The notes below the pieces were generated by a model. It searched no databases and was not told the DNA's origin. It was given only the letters and a program-made list of their open reading frames with translations. DNA of 64,000 nucleotides from positions 358,937 to 422,936 of the forward strand of contig CAVYDV010000008.1 of the NCBI GenBank assembly GCA_963767505.1. Reading direction: 5' to 3'. A program made the translations under genes and the position numbers. Positions within the stretch are counted from its first letter, which is position 1. Every line of letters starts with the position of its first letter. Shown here piece after piece: positions 1 to 14,259 of this stretch. This stretch comes from an uncultured Thermoleophilia bacterium. GTDB lineage: Bacteria; Actinomycetota; Thermoleophilia; UBA2241.

Positions 1-1676
1 GGGACTGCCAGGGCGCTCGCCTGAAGCCCACCAGTCTCGCCGTCACGGTTGGCGATCACAACATCCACGAGTTCACGTTGATGAGCGTGCGTGACGCGCT
101 CGGCGCACTGCGCGTGCTTCCGCTCACCGAGACAGAGCGCATGATCGGCGACCGCGTCATCAGGGAGATCGTCGAGCGCCTGACCTTTCTCAACGATGTC
201 GGCGTCGGCTACCTCACGCTGCAGCGCGCCTCGGCGACACTCTCCGGAGGCGAGGCCCAGCGCATCCGCCTGGCGACGCAGATCGGCTCGGCGCTGGTCG
301 GGGTCCTCTACATCCTCGACGAGCCCAGTATCGGCCTGCACCAGCGCGACAACCGTCGGCTCATCGACACCTTGCTGCGGCTGCGCGATCTCGGCAACAC
401 GGTGATCGCCGTCGAACACGACGAAGAGACGATGCGCGCTGCCGACCACATCGTCGACATGGGACCCGGGGCCGGCGATCACGGCGGGCATGTCGTCGCC
501 CAGGGATCGCCGCAGACGATCATGGACGATCGAGGATCGGTGACGGGCGACTTCCTCGCGGGGCGGCGGGCGATCGCCGTGCCGGCGCAGCGGCGCCCTG
601 GGCTGCAGTGGTTCACGGTGCGCGGCGCACGTCTGCACAATCTGCGCGACATCGACGTGGCGTTCCCGGTGGCGGCCTTCACCTGCGTGACCGGGGTCTC
701 CGGGTCCGGCAAGTCGACGCTCATCAATGAGATCCTCTACAAGGGCATGGCCAGTCGTCTGAACCGCACCTCGAAGCTGCGCCCGGGAGCACACGACACC
801 ATCGACGAGGCCGACCTGCTGGACAAGGTGATCGACATCGACCAGTCGCCCATCGGCCGCACACCGCGCTCCAATCCGGCGACCTACACAGGTGTCTTCG
901 ACCACATCCGCCAGCTCTTCGCGCAAACGCCGGAGAGCAAGCTTCGCGGCTACAGGCCCGGTCGCTTCAGCTTCAACGTCAAAGGGGGGCGTTGCGAGAC
1001 CTGCAAGGGTGATGGGCAGATCAAGATCGAGATGCACTTCCTGCCGGACGTCTACGTGCCCTGCGAGGCCTGCGGCGGCAAGCGCTACAACCGCGACACG
1101 CTCGAGGTCTGGTACAAGGGCAAGAGCATCGCCGACGTGCTGGAGATGAGCGTCGAAGAGGCGGTCACCTTCTTCGCGAACGTGCCTCGCATCGCCCGCC
1201 GCCTGCAGGCTCTCGCCGACGTCGGCCTCGACTACGTGCAGCTTGGCCAGCCGGCCACGACGCTGAGCGGCGGGGAGGCGCAGCGCGTCAAGCTCGCCAG
1301 TGAACTCAGCAAGGTGGCCACCGGCAAGACGCTCTACATCCTCGACGAGCCCACCACCGGGCTGCATTTCTCGGATATCGAGAAGCTGCTCGAGATGCTG
1401 CAGCGCCTCGTCGACGCCGGAAACACCGTGGTAGTCATCGAGCACAACCTCGACGTCATCAAGTCGGCCGACTGGATCGTCGACCTGGGGCCGGAGGGCG
1501 GGGAGGAGGGCGGCGCGGTCGTCGCTGCGGGCACCCCGGAGGACCTCGTCGAGCAAGCGGACGTCTCCCACACCGGCGAGTTCCTGGCCAGAGTGCTGCA
1601 GACGGACCAAGGGCTAGTCCCGAGCGCGACCCCCCGTCGTCGTTCGGGGTACAATCGCAGCGATGACGCAGCCTGA
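1..1676 (+). CDS. uvrA: Excinuclease ABC subunit A, C-terminal ~558 aa (5' end upstream of window)
   Basis: Frame 3 is open from base 3 ([17 protein letters not shown]...). Two [11 protein letters not shown] signatures, Walker [10 protein letters not shown], zinc finger [17 protein letters not shown]. Stop at 1674-1676. Confidence 0.95.
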   Translation, partial: DCQGARLKPTSLAVTVGDHNIHEFTLMSVRDALGALRVLPLTETERMIGDRVIREIVERLTFLNDVGVGYLTLQRASATLSGGEAQRIRLATQIGSALVGVLYILDEPSIGLHQRDNRRLIDTLLRLRDLGNTVIAVEHDEETMRAADHIVDMGPGAGDHGGHVVAQGSPQTIMDDRGSVTGDFLAGRRAIAVPAQRRPGLQWFTVRGARLHNLRDIDVAFPVAAFTCVTGVSGSGKSTLINEILYKGMASRLNRTSKLRPGAHDTIDEADLLDKVIDIDQSPIGRTPRSNPATYTGVFDHIRQLFAQTPESKLRGYRPGRFSFNVKGGRCETCKGDGQIKIEMHFLPDVYVPCEACGGKRYNRDTLEVWYKGKSIADVLEMSVEEAVTFFANVPRIARRLQALADVGLDYVQLGQPATTLSGGEAQRVKLASELSKVATGKTLYILDEPTTGLHFSDIEKLLEMLQRLVDAGNTVVVIEHNLDVIKSADWIVDLGPEGGEEGGAVVAAGTPEDLVEQADVSHTGEFLARVLQTDQGLVPSATPRRRSGYNRSDDAA

Positions 1677-3530
1677 CAGGACCCCTTCTCACACGCTGGC
1701 GGGCCTGCGCGAGATTCTGCCGCGCATCCCGCTCGCTCCCGGCGTGTATCGCTTCCTGGACGTGCGCGGCGAGGCGCTCTACGTAGGCAAGGCCAAGGTA
1801 CTGCGCACGCGCGTGAGGTCCTATCTCCGCCCAGCCGGTGTCGCGCATGGACGCACCGCGGAGATGCTCGCCCAGGCGCACGATATCGAGTGGGTCGTGA
1901 CCGCCTCGGAGAGCGAAGCGCTGATCCTCGAGGACAGCTTCATCAAGGAGGCACGACCGCCCTACAATCTCCGCCTTCGCGACGACAAGAGCTACCCCTA
2001 TATCGAGGTCACGTTGCGTGACGAGTGGCCGCGCGTGCGCTTCTTCCGCGGGCGACACGTGCCGGGGAACCTCTACTTCGGGCCGTACTCGAGCGCCGGC
2101 AAGGTGCGTGAGACACTGGACGTGATCGGCCGGATCTTCCCCTACCGCAAGTGCAAGCGCGCACGGCCAGGGCGCTCCAGCGGCTCGCCCTGCCTGCAGC
2201 ACTTCATCAAGCGCTCCTTGGCGCCATGCGACAGGCGTGTCACGCGCGAGGAGTACGCGGCGGTCATCGAGGAGGCCGTGGACTTCCTGCGCGGTCGGCT
2301 GGACGCCGTCGAGGTCGGCATCGAACGTGAGATGGCGACGGCTGCGGCGGCACAGGATTTCGAGAAGGCCGCCGTGCTGCGCGATCGCCTCGCGGCTGTG
2401 AGGCATCTGGGCGAACGCCAGAACGCCAGGCTGGAGGGCAGCGAGTCGTTCGACGTCATCGCACTGCATCAGACCGAGCCCGGCGCCAACGTGCAGGTCT
2501 TCCGCCTGCGCGAGGGAGCAATGGTCGGTCGCCAGTCGTTCTACGTGGAGAATTCCGACGGTCGTGACACCGATGAGGTGCTCGAGGAGTTCCTCCTCGA
2601 GTACTACTGGGACGGACCCGCGATCCCTCCGGAGGTCATCGCGCCGCTCGCCGATGCTGGAAGTGTCGCAGCGCTTCTCAGCACGCGGCGCGGCTCAGGC
2701 GTCAAGGTCCGCGCGGCTCAGCGCGGACCGAAACGACGCCTCATGGAACTGGCCCAGCGCAATGCCGAACTGGCGGCGGAGCACGAGGTCGAGGAGCAGC
2801 GGAGAGGCAGGGTCTCACGCATCGAGGCTCTCGAGCTTCTGCGCGATGCCCTTGGACTCGAGCGCCTGCCGCTTCGCATCGAGTGCTACGACATCTCCAA
2901 CCTCGGCGAAGAGCATCCCGTGGGATCCATGGTCGTCTTCGAGGGAGGGCTGCCCAAGAAGGCGCACTACCGCAAGTTCTCGCTGCGCGATACACGGGCC
3001 AGGATGATTTCGACATGATGAACCAGGTCGTCGGACGACGCTTCGAGCGGCACACGGCGGTATCGGAGGGCACGTACGACGAGAGCTTCGCCGCCCTTCC
3101 CGACCTCGTCGTGATCGACGGTGGCAAGGGCCAGCTCTCGGCGGCCGCGGGGGCTCTGCGCGGCGCGGAAGTCGACGTCGCCGTCGTGAGTCTGGCAAAG
3201 CAGAGGGAGGAGGTCTTCGTCCCTCGGCGCAGCGACCCGCTGCCGCTGCCCCCCGACGACCCCGCCTCGCTTCTTCTGCAGCGCGTTCGCGATGAGGCGC
3301 ATCGCTTCGCCGTGCGGTACCATCGTCAGAAGCGGGACGCAGACCTGCGCAAGTCCTCGGTCTTCGACGAACTACCGCAGGTCGGCCCCGTGCGCCGACG
3401 ACGGATTCTGGAGCATTTCGGCAGCCCCGAGCGCTTCCTCATCGCGTCGCGCGAAGAGATCGAGCATGTGCCGGGACTGCCGGCGAAGGTGGCGAGGGAC
3501 CTGTATGCGCATCTCCACAAGGCAGGCTGA
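1663..3530 (+). CDS. uvrC: Excinuclease ABC subunit C; frame broken once as sequenced (~2990)
   Basis: GIY-YIG N-terminus ([18 protein letters not shown]), UVR motif ([16 protein letters not shown]), C-terminal HhH ([16 protein letters not shown]). ORF 1663-3018 continues in ORF 2883-3530: ...HYRKFSLRD | [17 protein letters not shown]. The ATG overlaps the uvrA stop. Confidence 0.85.
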
Positions 3531-3531
3531 G

Positions 3532-4038
3532 ATGCCCATCGCGACGTCGCGACGCGAGGAGACGTACGTGTGCAGGTTTGGCACGGGGCGCCTGCTGACC
3601 AGCGGCGACCTGCCACTTGAGGTCCGCCTGCCCGGCCCCGGCGCAGACGAGCTCGCTGTCGCGGACGCGCCCAGTCACTGGGCGCTGCTGCTCGAGCGCT
3701 ACTTCGCCGGCGAGGCGGTGTCCTTTGACCTGGACATCGAGGCGTACGCGCAGGCGGTCGGCCTGACGGCCTTCGAGCGCGCCACCTACGCGGCGCTTGC
3801 ACAGATCCCTCGCGGCAGCGTCCTCAGCTATGGCGATCTCGCGGCCGCGGCCGGAAGTCCACGCGCATACCGAGCCGTCGGCTCTGCCATGGCCCGCAAC
3901 CGGCTCCCGGTGATCCTGCCCTGCCACCGCGTCATCAGAAGCGACGGCTACCTGGGGCAGTACGGCGATGACCCGGTCTGGAAGGAGCGCCTCCTCGCGC
4001 TCGAGGCAGTCCGGCTCAACGGGGGGAGACTCGCATGA
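3532..4038 (+). CDS. ogt: Methylated-DNA--protein-cysteine methyltransferase (Ogt/MGMT family)
   Basis: Active-site motif LPVILPCHRVIRSDG. ATG 3532 directly follows the uvrC stop. The stop overlaps the rapZ start (ATGA). Confidence 0.8.
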   Translation: MPIATSRREETYVCRFGTGRLLTSGDLPLEVRLPGPGADELAVADAPSHWALLLERYFAGEAVSFDLDIEAYAQAVGLTAFERATYAALAQIPRGSVLSYGDLAAAAGSPRAYRAVGSAMARNRLPVILPCHRVIRSDGYLGQYGDDPVWKERLLALEAVRLNGGRLA

Positions 4039-4904
4039 CGGAGGCTCTGCAGTTCGTGATCGTCACCGGCCTCTCGGGGGCCGGGAAGTCACTGGCCATG
4101 GATGCCTTCGAGGACGCGGGGTGGTTCTGCATCGACAACCTCCCCCCTGAGTTGGTGCCGACTCTGGTCGACCTCTTCCGTCGCGAGGGCAGCAAGGTAG
4201 ACCGAGTCGCGGTGGTCAGCGACGTGCGTGGGGGCGAGTACTTCACACGCCTCGAGCAGTGCCTCGATGAGCTGCATGAGCGAGGCGTGGAGCACGCCTT
4301 GGTCTTTCTGGAGGCATCGAACGAGGCCCTCGTGCGGCGCTTCAAGGAGACGCGTCGTCGCCACCCGCTGGCCGGCACCGGCAGCGTCATCGACGGCATC
4401 CGCAAGGAGCGCCGCCTGCTGGCCGGTCTGCGCGAGCGCGCCAACCTGGTGGTCGACACGAGCGATACCTCAGCCCACCAGCTCAAGGCGCGCCTCAACG
4501 AGGACCTCATCCAGCACACGAGGCGCTCCAGGATCGTCTTTGCCGTTGTCTCCTTCGGCTACAAGTACGGCATCCCGATCGACGCCGACCTGCTCTTCGA
4601 CGTGCGCTTCCTGCCCAATCCTCACTACGACCTGCGTCTGCGGCCGCTGACCGGACTCGATAGCGAGGTGCGGGACTACGTGATGCAGTCCCCGGGCACT
4701 CAGGAGTACCTGGAACGACTCCTTCCGCTCCTCGACTTCCTCTTCCCGCGGTACGCCGCCGAAGGCAAGGCACACCTCACGATCGGCATCGGCTGCACCG
4801 GGGGCCGGCATCGCTCGGTCGCTATCGCCGAGCTGCTCGGCCGGACCTACGAGAAGCAGGGGTACTACACGATCGTCAGGCACCGGGACATCACGAGAGA
4901 CTGA
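4035..4904 (+). CDS. rapZ: RNase adapter / nucleotide-binding protein RapZ (YvcJ)
   Basis: Intact 289-aa ORF with Walker A GLSGAGKS. It occupies the conserved rapZ-yvcK-whiA position. Confidence 0.9.
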   Translation: MTEALQFVIVTGLSGAGKSLAMDAFEDAGWFCIDNLPPELVPTLVDLFRREGSKVDRVAVVSDVRGGEYFTRLEQCLDELHERGVEHALVFLEASNEALVRRFKETRRRHPLAGTGSVIDGIRKERRLLAGLRERANLVVDTSDTSAHQLKARLNEDLIQHTRRSRIVFAVVSFGYKYGIPIDADLLFDVRFLPNPHYDLRLRPLTGLDSEVRDYVMQSPGTQEYLERLLPLLDFLFPRYAAEGKAHLTIGIGCTGGRHRSVAIAELLGRTYEKQGYYTIVRHRDITRD

Positions 4905-6153
4905 TGCGCACCTCCCTCGACTGGTTCTACCCCGGACTCGGATTCAAACGCTGGCTCCTGCTCGCCTTCGCCGGCGGCGTCCTCCTCGTCTACGGAGGCC
5001 TGAGCGCCATCGCCGTGCTGTGGTCGCCGCAGCTCATGCGTGGCCTCGGCATGGGGTGGCTTCTGGGACGGCCCTGGGTGGCGCTTCTGCTCGCTTTCGA
5101 CGCCATGGTCGTCGGTGGCATCGTGCTGCTGCTGGGAGTGCGGCAGGTCTGGATCTTCCAGAGGACGACCCCGGAGACGGCGAGCGAGATCCGTGCGGCG
5201 GCCCGGCTCGCGCGCGGGCCGCGCGTCGTCGCCATCGGTGGCGGCACAGGTTTGGCGGCGCTGCTCAGCGGCTTCAAGAGCCGCACGAGCAATCTCACGG
5301 CGGTCGTCACGATGGCCGACGACGGCGGCAGCTCCGGGGCTGCTGCGCCGTGACATGGGTATGCCGCCGCCCGGAGATCTGCGCAGCTGTCTCGTCGCCT
5401 TGGCCGACGACGAATCCCTCATGAGCCAGCTCTTCCAGTACCGGTTTCCCGACAGCGGAGGGCTTCACGGGCACAGCTTCGGCAACCTGTTCATGGCCGC
5501 CCTTGGCGGAGGTGACCGGGGACTTCGAGGCGGCGGTCCAGGAGTCGACGCGCGTGCTCAAGGTGAGAGGGCGCGTCCTGCCTTCCACCCTCGAGGATGT
5601 GATGCTGCACGCCCAGCTCGAGGGCGGCGCTCGCGTCAGCGGCGAAAGCACGATCACGGCATCCGACCGTCTGCCGCGTCGTGTCTGGCTCACTCCCGAC
5701 ACGGCGCGTGCTCTGCCGCAGGCGATCGCCGCGATGACCAGCGCCGATCTCGTGGTTCTGGGGCCCGGAAGTCTCTACACGAGCGTGATCCCGAATCTGC
5801 TCATCCCCGACGTGCGGGACGCCCTCATGGAGACGCGCGCGCCGGTGGTGTACGTCTGCAACGTCATGACGCAGCCCGGCGAGACCGACGGGTACAGCGC
5901 CGGCGACCACCTCGATGCCCTGCGGCGGCATGGCATGCGCGGCGTGATCGACGTCGTGCTGGTCAACGAGAGCCCCGTGTCCGACGACGTCGTCGCCAAC
6001 TACGAAAGACTCGGGGCGCAGCCGGTGACGATCGACGACCAGCGCATCCGACAGATGGGCGTGAGAGTGGTGAGCGCTTCGGTGGCGGCCGAGAGCGGCG
6101 TCGTCCGGCACGACTCCGAACGTCTCGCTCAGGCTCTGGAGCACCTTCTCTAG
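4904..6153 (+). CDS. yvcK: YvcK/CofD-like gluconeogenesis factor (UPF0052); two frame breaks as sequenced
   Basis: Homology runs through three frames. These are 4904-~5337 (..[10 protein letters not shown]), ~5338-~5497 ([47 protein letters not shown]) and ~5500-6153 ([14 protein letters not shown]...). The breaks coincide with a G4 run (5336-5339) and a C3 run (5497-5499). Confidence 0.8.
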
Positions 6154-6161
6154 GACGAGAG

Positions 6162-8179
<2,018 letters not shown>

Positions 8180-8321
8180 GAGCAGGGCGCCAGACCCGCC
8201 ATGGGCTCCGCCGGGCGGCCAGCGCACTCATCGTGACCCGGGCTGAGGCGGCCGTCACCCGGCGGAGCCGGGCAGGTCGGGCGACCGCTGCACGAGTCCT
8301 GAGGGGGAGGCGAGATCCGCG

Positions 8322-9490
8322 ATGAAACGCTCTGTCACCGAGTACCCGCTGGCCGGCAAGCGCGTGTTCTGCCGCGTCGACTTCAACGAGCCTGTCGTGC
8401 GTGGCGAAGTCGCCGACGACATGCGTATCCGCGCTGCGTTGCCCACCATCAACTACCTGCTGGAGCAGGACTGCCCGATCATCCTCGCGTCACATCTGGG
8501 TCGACCTCAGGGCCAGGTGATCGAGGCGATGCGCCTCGAGCCTATCGCTCGCCGCCTGCAGGAACTGCATGGGTCGCAAGATCCGCAAGATGGACGACTG
8601 CGTCGGATCCGTGGTGCAGGAGGCGGCCGATCAGCTCCACCCGGGCGAGATCATGCTGCTCGAGAACACTGCGCTTCCACGCCGAGGAGACGTCCGACGA
8701 CCGCGGCTTCGCCAAGCAGCTCGCGAGTCTTGCCGAGGTGTACGTGAACGACGCGTTCGGTACGGCCCACCGCGCCCACGCGTCGACCGAAGGCATCACG
8801 CACTACCTGCCGTCGCTAGCCGGCCTGCTCATGATCCGCGAGCTCGAGATCCTCGCCCGCCTCTTGCGCGACCCGGCTCGACCTCTGGTCGTGGTCCTCG
8901 GCGGGTCGAAGGTCTCGGAGAAGATCTCGCTCATCCAGCGCATGCTGAGCCTGGCCGACACAGTCCTGATCGGTGGGGCGATGGCCAACGCCTTCCTCGT
9001 CGCTCAAGGGCACGACGTGGGTGATTCGAAGTGCGAGTCGGAGCAGGTCGACGTCGCTGCCGAGGTCCTGGCGGCAGCTGCGAAGGCGCGGTGCGAACTC
9101 CTGCTGCCGACCGACGTCGTCGTCGCCGAAGAGGCGACGGGCGGTGTTGAGACGGAGGTCGTCGAGGTCGATGCCATCAAGCCGCACCAGATGGCCCTGG
9201 ACATCGGTCCGGCGACCGTGCGGGAGTTCGTGAACCATCTTCGCAACGCCGGCACCATCTACTGGAACGGACCTATGGGCCTGTTCGAGATCGACGACTT
9301 CGGAGCCGGCACGCAGGCGATCGGCGAAGCCATCGCGTCGAGCGCCTCCGTCACCGTGGCCGGCGGCGGCGACACCGTCGCGGCCACCCGCAAGTTCGGG
9401 ATCGAGGCGCGTTTCACGCACCTCTCCACGGGCGGCGGCGCCTCCATGGAGTTCCTCGAGGGGCGGTCGCTCCCGGGAGTCGAAGCGCTC
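8322..9490 (+). CDS. pgk: Phosphoglycerate kinase; two frame breaks as sequenced; no stop codon before tpiA
   Basis: Frames change at ~8573 (..RRLQEL | [15 protein letters not shown]) and ~8664 (LLEN | [38 protein letters not shown]). C-terminal ..[20 protein letters not shown] runs straight into tpiA in the same frame. Confidence 0.85.
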
Positions 9491-10276
9491 ATGGAACGCG
9501 GCGGTACCGTGGCGGCCGGTCGCCGGCCCCTGATCGCCGGCAACTGGAAGATGTACAAGACGCGCCCCGAGACGATGCAGTACCTGCGTGAGTTCATCCC
9601 GCTGGTGCGGTCCGCCGGCGAGCGCGACATCGTGGTCTGCCCACCGTTCGTGTGCCTGGAGACCGCTGTCGCGGAGTCGCTGCGCACGAACGTCGGCGTC
9701 GGAGCGCAGACCATGGCCGCCGGCGACGAAGGCGCCTACACGGGCGAGGTCTCCCCGGAGATGCTGCGCGAGCTGGGCGTACAGTTCGTCATCCTCGGCC
9801 ACTCCGAGCGGCGCGACTTTCCCTACGATACAGACCGTATGCTGGCCCATAAGGTGAGAGCCGCGCTGAACAAGGGCATCCGCCCGATCCTTTGTGTCGG
9901 AGAGACACTCGAGGAGCGCGAAGGCGGCTTGACCGAAAGCAAGGTCGGCCGCCAGATCGACACCGGCTTGGCCGACGTGAGCCCGGCTGAGTTCGCGCTC
10001 GTCGCCGTGGCCTACGAGCCTATCTGGGCGATCGGCACCGGCCTGCGGGCCACACCCGACATGGCACAGGAGACGATCTCCTTCATCCGTGAGCGGCTGC
10101 GCAGCAGCTTCGGAGGTGCCGCCGACGCCGTGCGCATTCTGTACGGCGGCAGCGTCAATGGGGCAAGCATCGACGCCCTGATGGCCGAGCCGGACATCGA
10201 TGGCGTGCTGGTAGGCGGCGCGAGTCTCGAGCCCAACGAGTTCGCGCGGATCGCGCGCTTCGTGGAGAGCGTGTGA
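9491..10276 (+). CDS. tpiA: Triosephosphate isomerase (in frame with pgk; possible own start ATG 9491 or GTG 9509)
   Basis: [29 protein letters not shown] and YGGSV motifs. Stop at 10274-10276. Confidence 0.9.
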   Translation: MERGGTVAAGRRPLIAGNWKMYKTRPETMQYLREFIPLVRSAGERDIVVCPPFVCLETAVAESLRTNVGVGAQTMAAGDEGAYTGEVSPEMLRELGVQFVILGHSERRDFPYDTDRMLAHKVRAALNKGIRPILCVGETLEEREGGLTESKVGRQIDTGLADVSPAEFALVAVAYEPIWAIGTGLRATPDMAQETISFIRERLRSSFGGAADAVRILYGGSVNGASIDALMAEPDIDGVLVGGASLEPNEFARIARFVESV

Positions 10277-11866
10277 CAGGCACGCGATCCGGCGAAGCGC
10301 CGCCTGGCGACCCTGCGCTGTCCCCGACAGGACGGCTGTACAGCCCCGTGGCGCTCGTCATCCTCGATGGCTGGGGCAGCGCGCCCCCCGGGCCGAGCAA
10401 CGCCATCAGTCAAGCGCGGACGCCCGTCTTCGATCGGCTGGAGGCCGAATTCCCTTGCGGCGAGCTCGAAGCATCCGGCCTAGCCGTGGGGCTGCCGCCC
10501 GGCCAGATGGGCAACTCCGAGGTCGGACATCTCAACATCGGAGCAGGCCGGGTCGTCTTCCAGGACCTGACGCGCATCACAGCAGCCATCGCCGACGGCA
10601 CGTTCTTCGACAACCGCGTGCTGCGGCAGGCTTGCGCCAAGGCCGTCCGGGCGTTCGAGCACGCTGCATCTCATGGGCCTCGTCTCCGACGGGGGAGTGC
10701 ACAGCGACCTGGGGCACCTCGAGGCGTGCCTCGTCCTGGCCGCCCGCGAACACGTCCCCAACGTCGTCGTCCACGCCTTCCTCGACGGGCGCGACACCTT
10801 GCCGCGCAGCGCCAAGGGCTACCTGGCCGAGGTGCAGGCGGTCATGGACCGCCTCGGCATCGGCCGCTTCGGCGTGGTCTGCGGTCGCTACTACGCCATG
10901 GACCGCGATACGCGCTGGGATCGGACGAAGCTGGCCTACGACTCCCTGGTCACGGGCGAGGGCTTCGTCGCCGCCGACGCGCAGGCCGCCGTCGAGGCGG
11001 CCTACCGACGGGGGGAGGACGACGAGTTCGTCCGGCCCACCATCGTGGCGCCCGAGCACGACACGCGCATCAAGGATGGTGATGTCTGCCTCTTCTTCAA
11101 CTTCCGGCCCGACCGCGCTCGTCAGCTCACTGAGGCGTTCTTCGAGAGCGAATTCGAGCCGTTCGACCGCGGTCCGCGTCCCCCGGTCGTCGACTTCGTC
11201 ACCATGACCGAGTACAAGCGGGAGTTCCCGGTGCCGGTCGCCTTCCCGCCGGAGCACCCCACGCAGGTGCTGGCGGATGTCCTCGCCGAGCACGGGCGGC
11301 GCCAGCTTCACATCGCCGAGACCGAGAAGTACGCCCACGTCACGTTCTTCTTCAACGGCGGGGTGGAGCCTCCGCCCGACGGGGAGGAGCGCATCCTGGT
11401 GCCGAGCCCGCGGGACGTCCCCACCTACGACCACAGTCCGGCGATGAGCGCGTACGAAGTCACCGACCAGCTCGTCCGTCGGCTGCAGGGCGGCGACTTC
11501 GACTTCGTCGTCGTGAACTTCGCCAACGCCGACATGGTCGGCCACACCGGGGTGATCAGCGCCGCCGTCGAGGCCATCGAGGCGGTCGACGAGTGCGTGG
11601 GACGGCTCACCGCCGCCGTCGCCGCGCTTGGCGGCGTCTGCCTGATCACGTCCGACCACGGCAACGCCGACCACATGCTGGAGCCAACGGGAGGCGCCAA
11701 CACGGCCCACAGCACGAACCGCGTCCCGTTCATCGCGACCGTTCCAGGCGTGCGCGTCCGCCCCGGCGGCCGCCTCTGCGACGTGGCGCCGACGGTTCTC
11801 GCCCTCATGGGCATCGCCCAACCGCCGGTCATGACCGGCATCGCCCTGCTCGAAGCGGCTGGCTGA
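10273..11866 (+). CDS. gpmI: 2,3-bisphosphoglycerate-independent phosphoglycerate mutase; one frame break (~10660)
   Basis: [24 protein letters not shown] | [13 protein letters not shown], ..[11 protein letters not shown] 10273-11082 continues in ORF 10673-11866. The GTG start overlaps the tpiA stop. Confidence 0.85.
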
Positions 11867-11969
11867 TTCGCCGATTCCACGTTCCGGCCAGCCGTGCCGA
11901 TGTTTGTACTCACGCGCGCAACAGATGTATTCTCGTACGCGCTTGCCCAGTCTCCAAAGGGGGAACTCC

Positions 11970-12191
11970 GTGCTCAACGCCATACTGGTCGTCCTGCATC
12001 TGATCGTCTCGGTCACGCTCATCGCACTCGTGCTGCTGCACTCGGGCAAGGACTCCGGCATGGCGAGCGTCACCGGTTTCTCGTTCGCCTCATCGGCGAG
12101 CGTCATGGAGAGGAACCTCACCCGCTACACGGTCATCACCGGGGTCGCGTTCTTCATCACGACGCTGCTTCTCGTCTGGCGGATCGGCTAG
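11970..12191 (+). CDS. secG: Preprotein translocase subunit SecG
   Basis: ~73 aa with two TM segments and LLHSGKDSG (the SecG-type LLQ.GKG.G motif). GTG 11970 is preceded by AAAGGGGGA. Conserved position after the glycolytic genes. Confidence 0.75.
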   Translation: MLNAILVVLHLIVSVTLIALVLLHSGKDSGMASVTGFSFASSASVMERNLTRYTVITGVAFFITTLLLVWRIG

Positions 12192-12406
12192 ACCCGATGG
12201 CGGCCGCTTCGATCTTCAGCGCCGCCGCGATCGCCGGCACTCAAAGGGCAGACAAGATGTGCGCACAAGAGAGCGAAGAACGGAGTCACACGCATATCGG
12301 GAGGTGAAGGAGGCAGAGCTTGTCTGATGGGTGATCCTCCCGCTCTGACGACAGCGCACGCTGCAGCTCGCGGAGGGAACATGTCTCGACCGTCCAGGAG
12401 GGCACA

Positions 12407-14091
12407 TTGAAGATTCTCACCAGGAGATGGCGCGTTCTGCCGCTGGCAGGCGCCATTCTCGTCGTCGGCGCTCTTGCTCTGAGCGGCTGCGGTGGCGAGC
12501 GACGACGAAGGCACGACCAGCACCACCGAGACGCCGAAGCCGGGCGGGACCTACAACTACCCGCTGAGCGCCAATCCCGGTCTCCATCGAGCCGCTCAAC
12601 GCGCAGGAGTCCGAGGGCAGCGCAGGTCGCCCATCAGGTGTTCCAGGGCCTCGCCAAGTACGTCCTGAACGACAAGGGCGAGATGGTCGCCGAGCCGGAC
12701 ATCGCCGAGAAGTGGGAGACTGAGCGACTCACAGACCTGGACTTTCACGCTCAAGAAGGGCGTCATGTACGCGGCGCCGGTGAGCCGTGAGGTCGTGGCG
12801 CAGGACTTCGTCGATTCGTGGAACCGCGTCACCGACCCCAAGAACCAGTCGCTACGTCTCGTACATCCTGGCTCCGGTCGAGGGCTGCGACGACGGCGGC
12901 TACCAGGTCGACACCAAGAAGGGCCTCACCGGCGTCAAGGCGATCGACGACTACACGCTCGAGGTCAAGCTGCGCTACCCGTTCGCGGAGTTCCCGCAGA
13001 CGCTGGGCCACACGGTGGCCGCGGCGACCCCGGTCGAGTACATCAACAAGGTCGGCGACAAGGAGTACGGCAAGAAGCCCGTCGGCACCGGCCCGTACAT
13101 GGTCGAGTCGTGGAAGAACAACCAGTCGGTCCAGCTCGTGAGGAACCCCGACTACTGGGACACCGAGAACGCGGGCTACGTCGACAACATCAACATGCCC
13201 ATCATCCTCGAGGCCTCCGACGAGCTGGCTCGAGTTCCAGAAGGGCACTATCGACTACACCGCCGTGCCGTCCGGGCCAGGTGGCACGCTGCAGAGAACA
13301 AGCCCGAAGGTCACGAGCGGCGAGTGGACCGCCAAGCGCTGGCCGACGCTGGCCATGTACTTCATCGGCATCAACATGACCGACCCGGTGCTCGGCGAGA
13401 AGTCCTCGAGCTCCGCCAGGCGCTCACCGAGTCGGCCGACCGCCCAGAACGTCATCAACATCGTCAACGAGGGCGTGCCCCTGCCGGCCACCGGCTACGT
13501 CCCCGAGGGCATCCCCGGCTACGTCGCCGGACCAGTCGCCCTACCCTACGACCCGGAGGACGCCAAGGCCATCGTCATCGGAGTCTCGGCGCCGTGCCGA
13601 CCCTCAACTACTGGTACAACACCGACGAGCTCACCAGAAGATCGCCGAGGCGCTGCAGGCCGGCTGGAAGGACGCCGGTATCGAGCGTCAAGCTGAGCAA
13701 CTTCGAGTGGGGCACGTTCCTCGACAAGCTCATCCAAGAGCAACTCGGGCAGCGGCAGCCAGCTCTTCCGCATGGGCTGGATCGCCGACTACCCGTCGAT
13801 GGACAACTTCCTGTACCCGCTGTTCCAGTCGGACCAGGCGCGTACGGGCAGCTACACGCTTCTACTCCAACGCGGAGGTCGACGACCTCGCTGCTACGAG
13901 GCCCGCTCCACGATCGACGACGCAGCAGCGGCACGACCTGTACGCGCAGGCCGAGAAGATCGATCCTCACGGATGCGCCGGCCATCCCGCTGTACTACTA
14001 CCGTGACTTCCGCGTCACCAACAACCGCATCGGCGGCTTCGTGCACAACCCCATGGGCTTCACCGACATGTGGACCGTGTGGGTCAAGTAG
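12407..14091 (+). pseudogene. oppA: Peptide/nickel ABC transporter substrate-binding lipoprotein (family 5, OppA/DppA-like), at least 12 frame breaks as sequenced
   Basis: Lipobox ALALSGCGG. Family-5 SBP sequence can be followed only by hopping frames. Readable pieces include ..TPKPGGTYNYPLSANP / VSIEPLNAQESEGS / VAHQVFQGLAKYVLNDKGEMVAEPDIAEKWET / SQTWTFTLKKGVMYAAPVSREVVAQDFVDSWNRVTDPKNQS / YVSYILAPVEG...PIILEASD / WLEFQKGTIDYTAVPSGQ / ...DAPAIPLYYYRDFRVTNNRIGGFVHNPMGFTDMWTVWVK. Confidence 0.8.
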
Positions 14092-14150
14092 CGACGCTGA
14101 GGCTTGCGCAGGCAGTCGTGACCATCCAGACTGCGCGCAGTGATTCGTGT

Positions 14151-14183
14151 GGCGGCCCGCCGCGCTCCGCGCGGCGGGCCGCC
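14151..14183 (+). terminator. Perfect 15-bp GC hairpin (loop TCC) between oppA and oppB; candidate intra-operon terminator/attenuator or mRNA stabiliser
   Basis: GGCGGCCCGCCGCGC-TCC-GCGCGGCGGGCCGCC read directly. No T-tract. Confidence 0.5.
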
Positions 14184-14259
14184 GCGTGCTGTCCGAGACC
14201 CTGCGTTCCGCATCCCCCGGAGGTACCGGCGGGAGCGTTGAGCCGGTAGGCTAGAGCCC

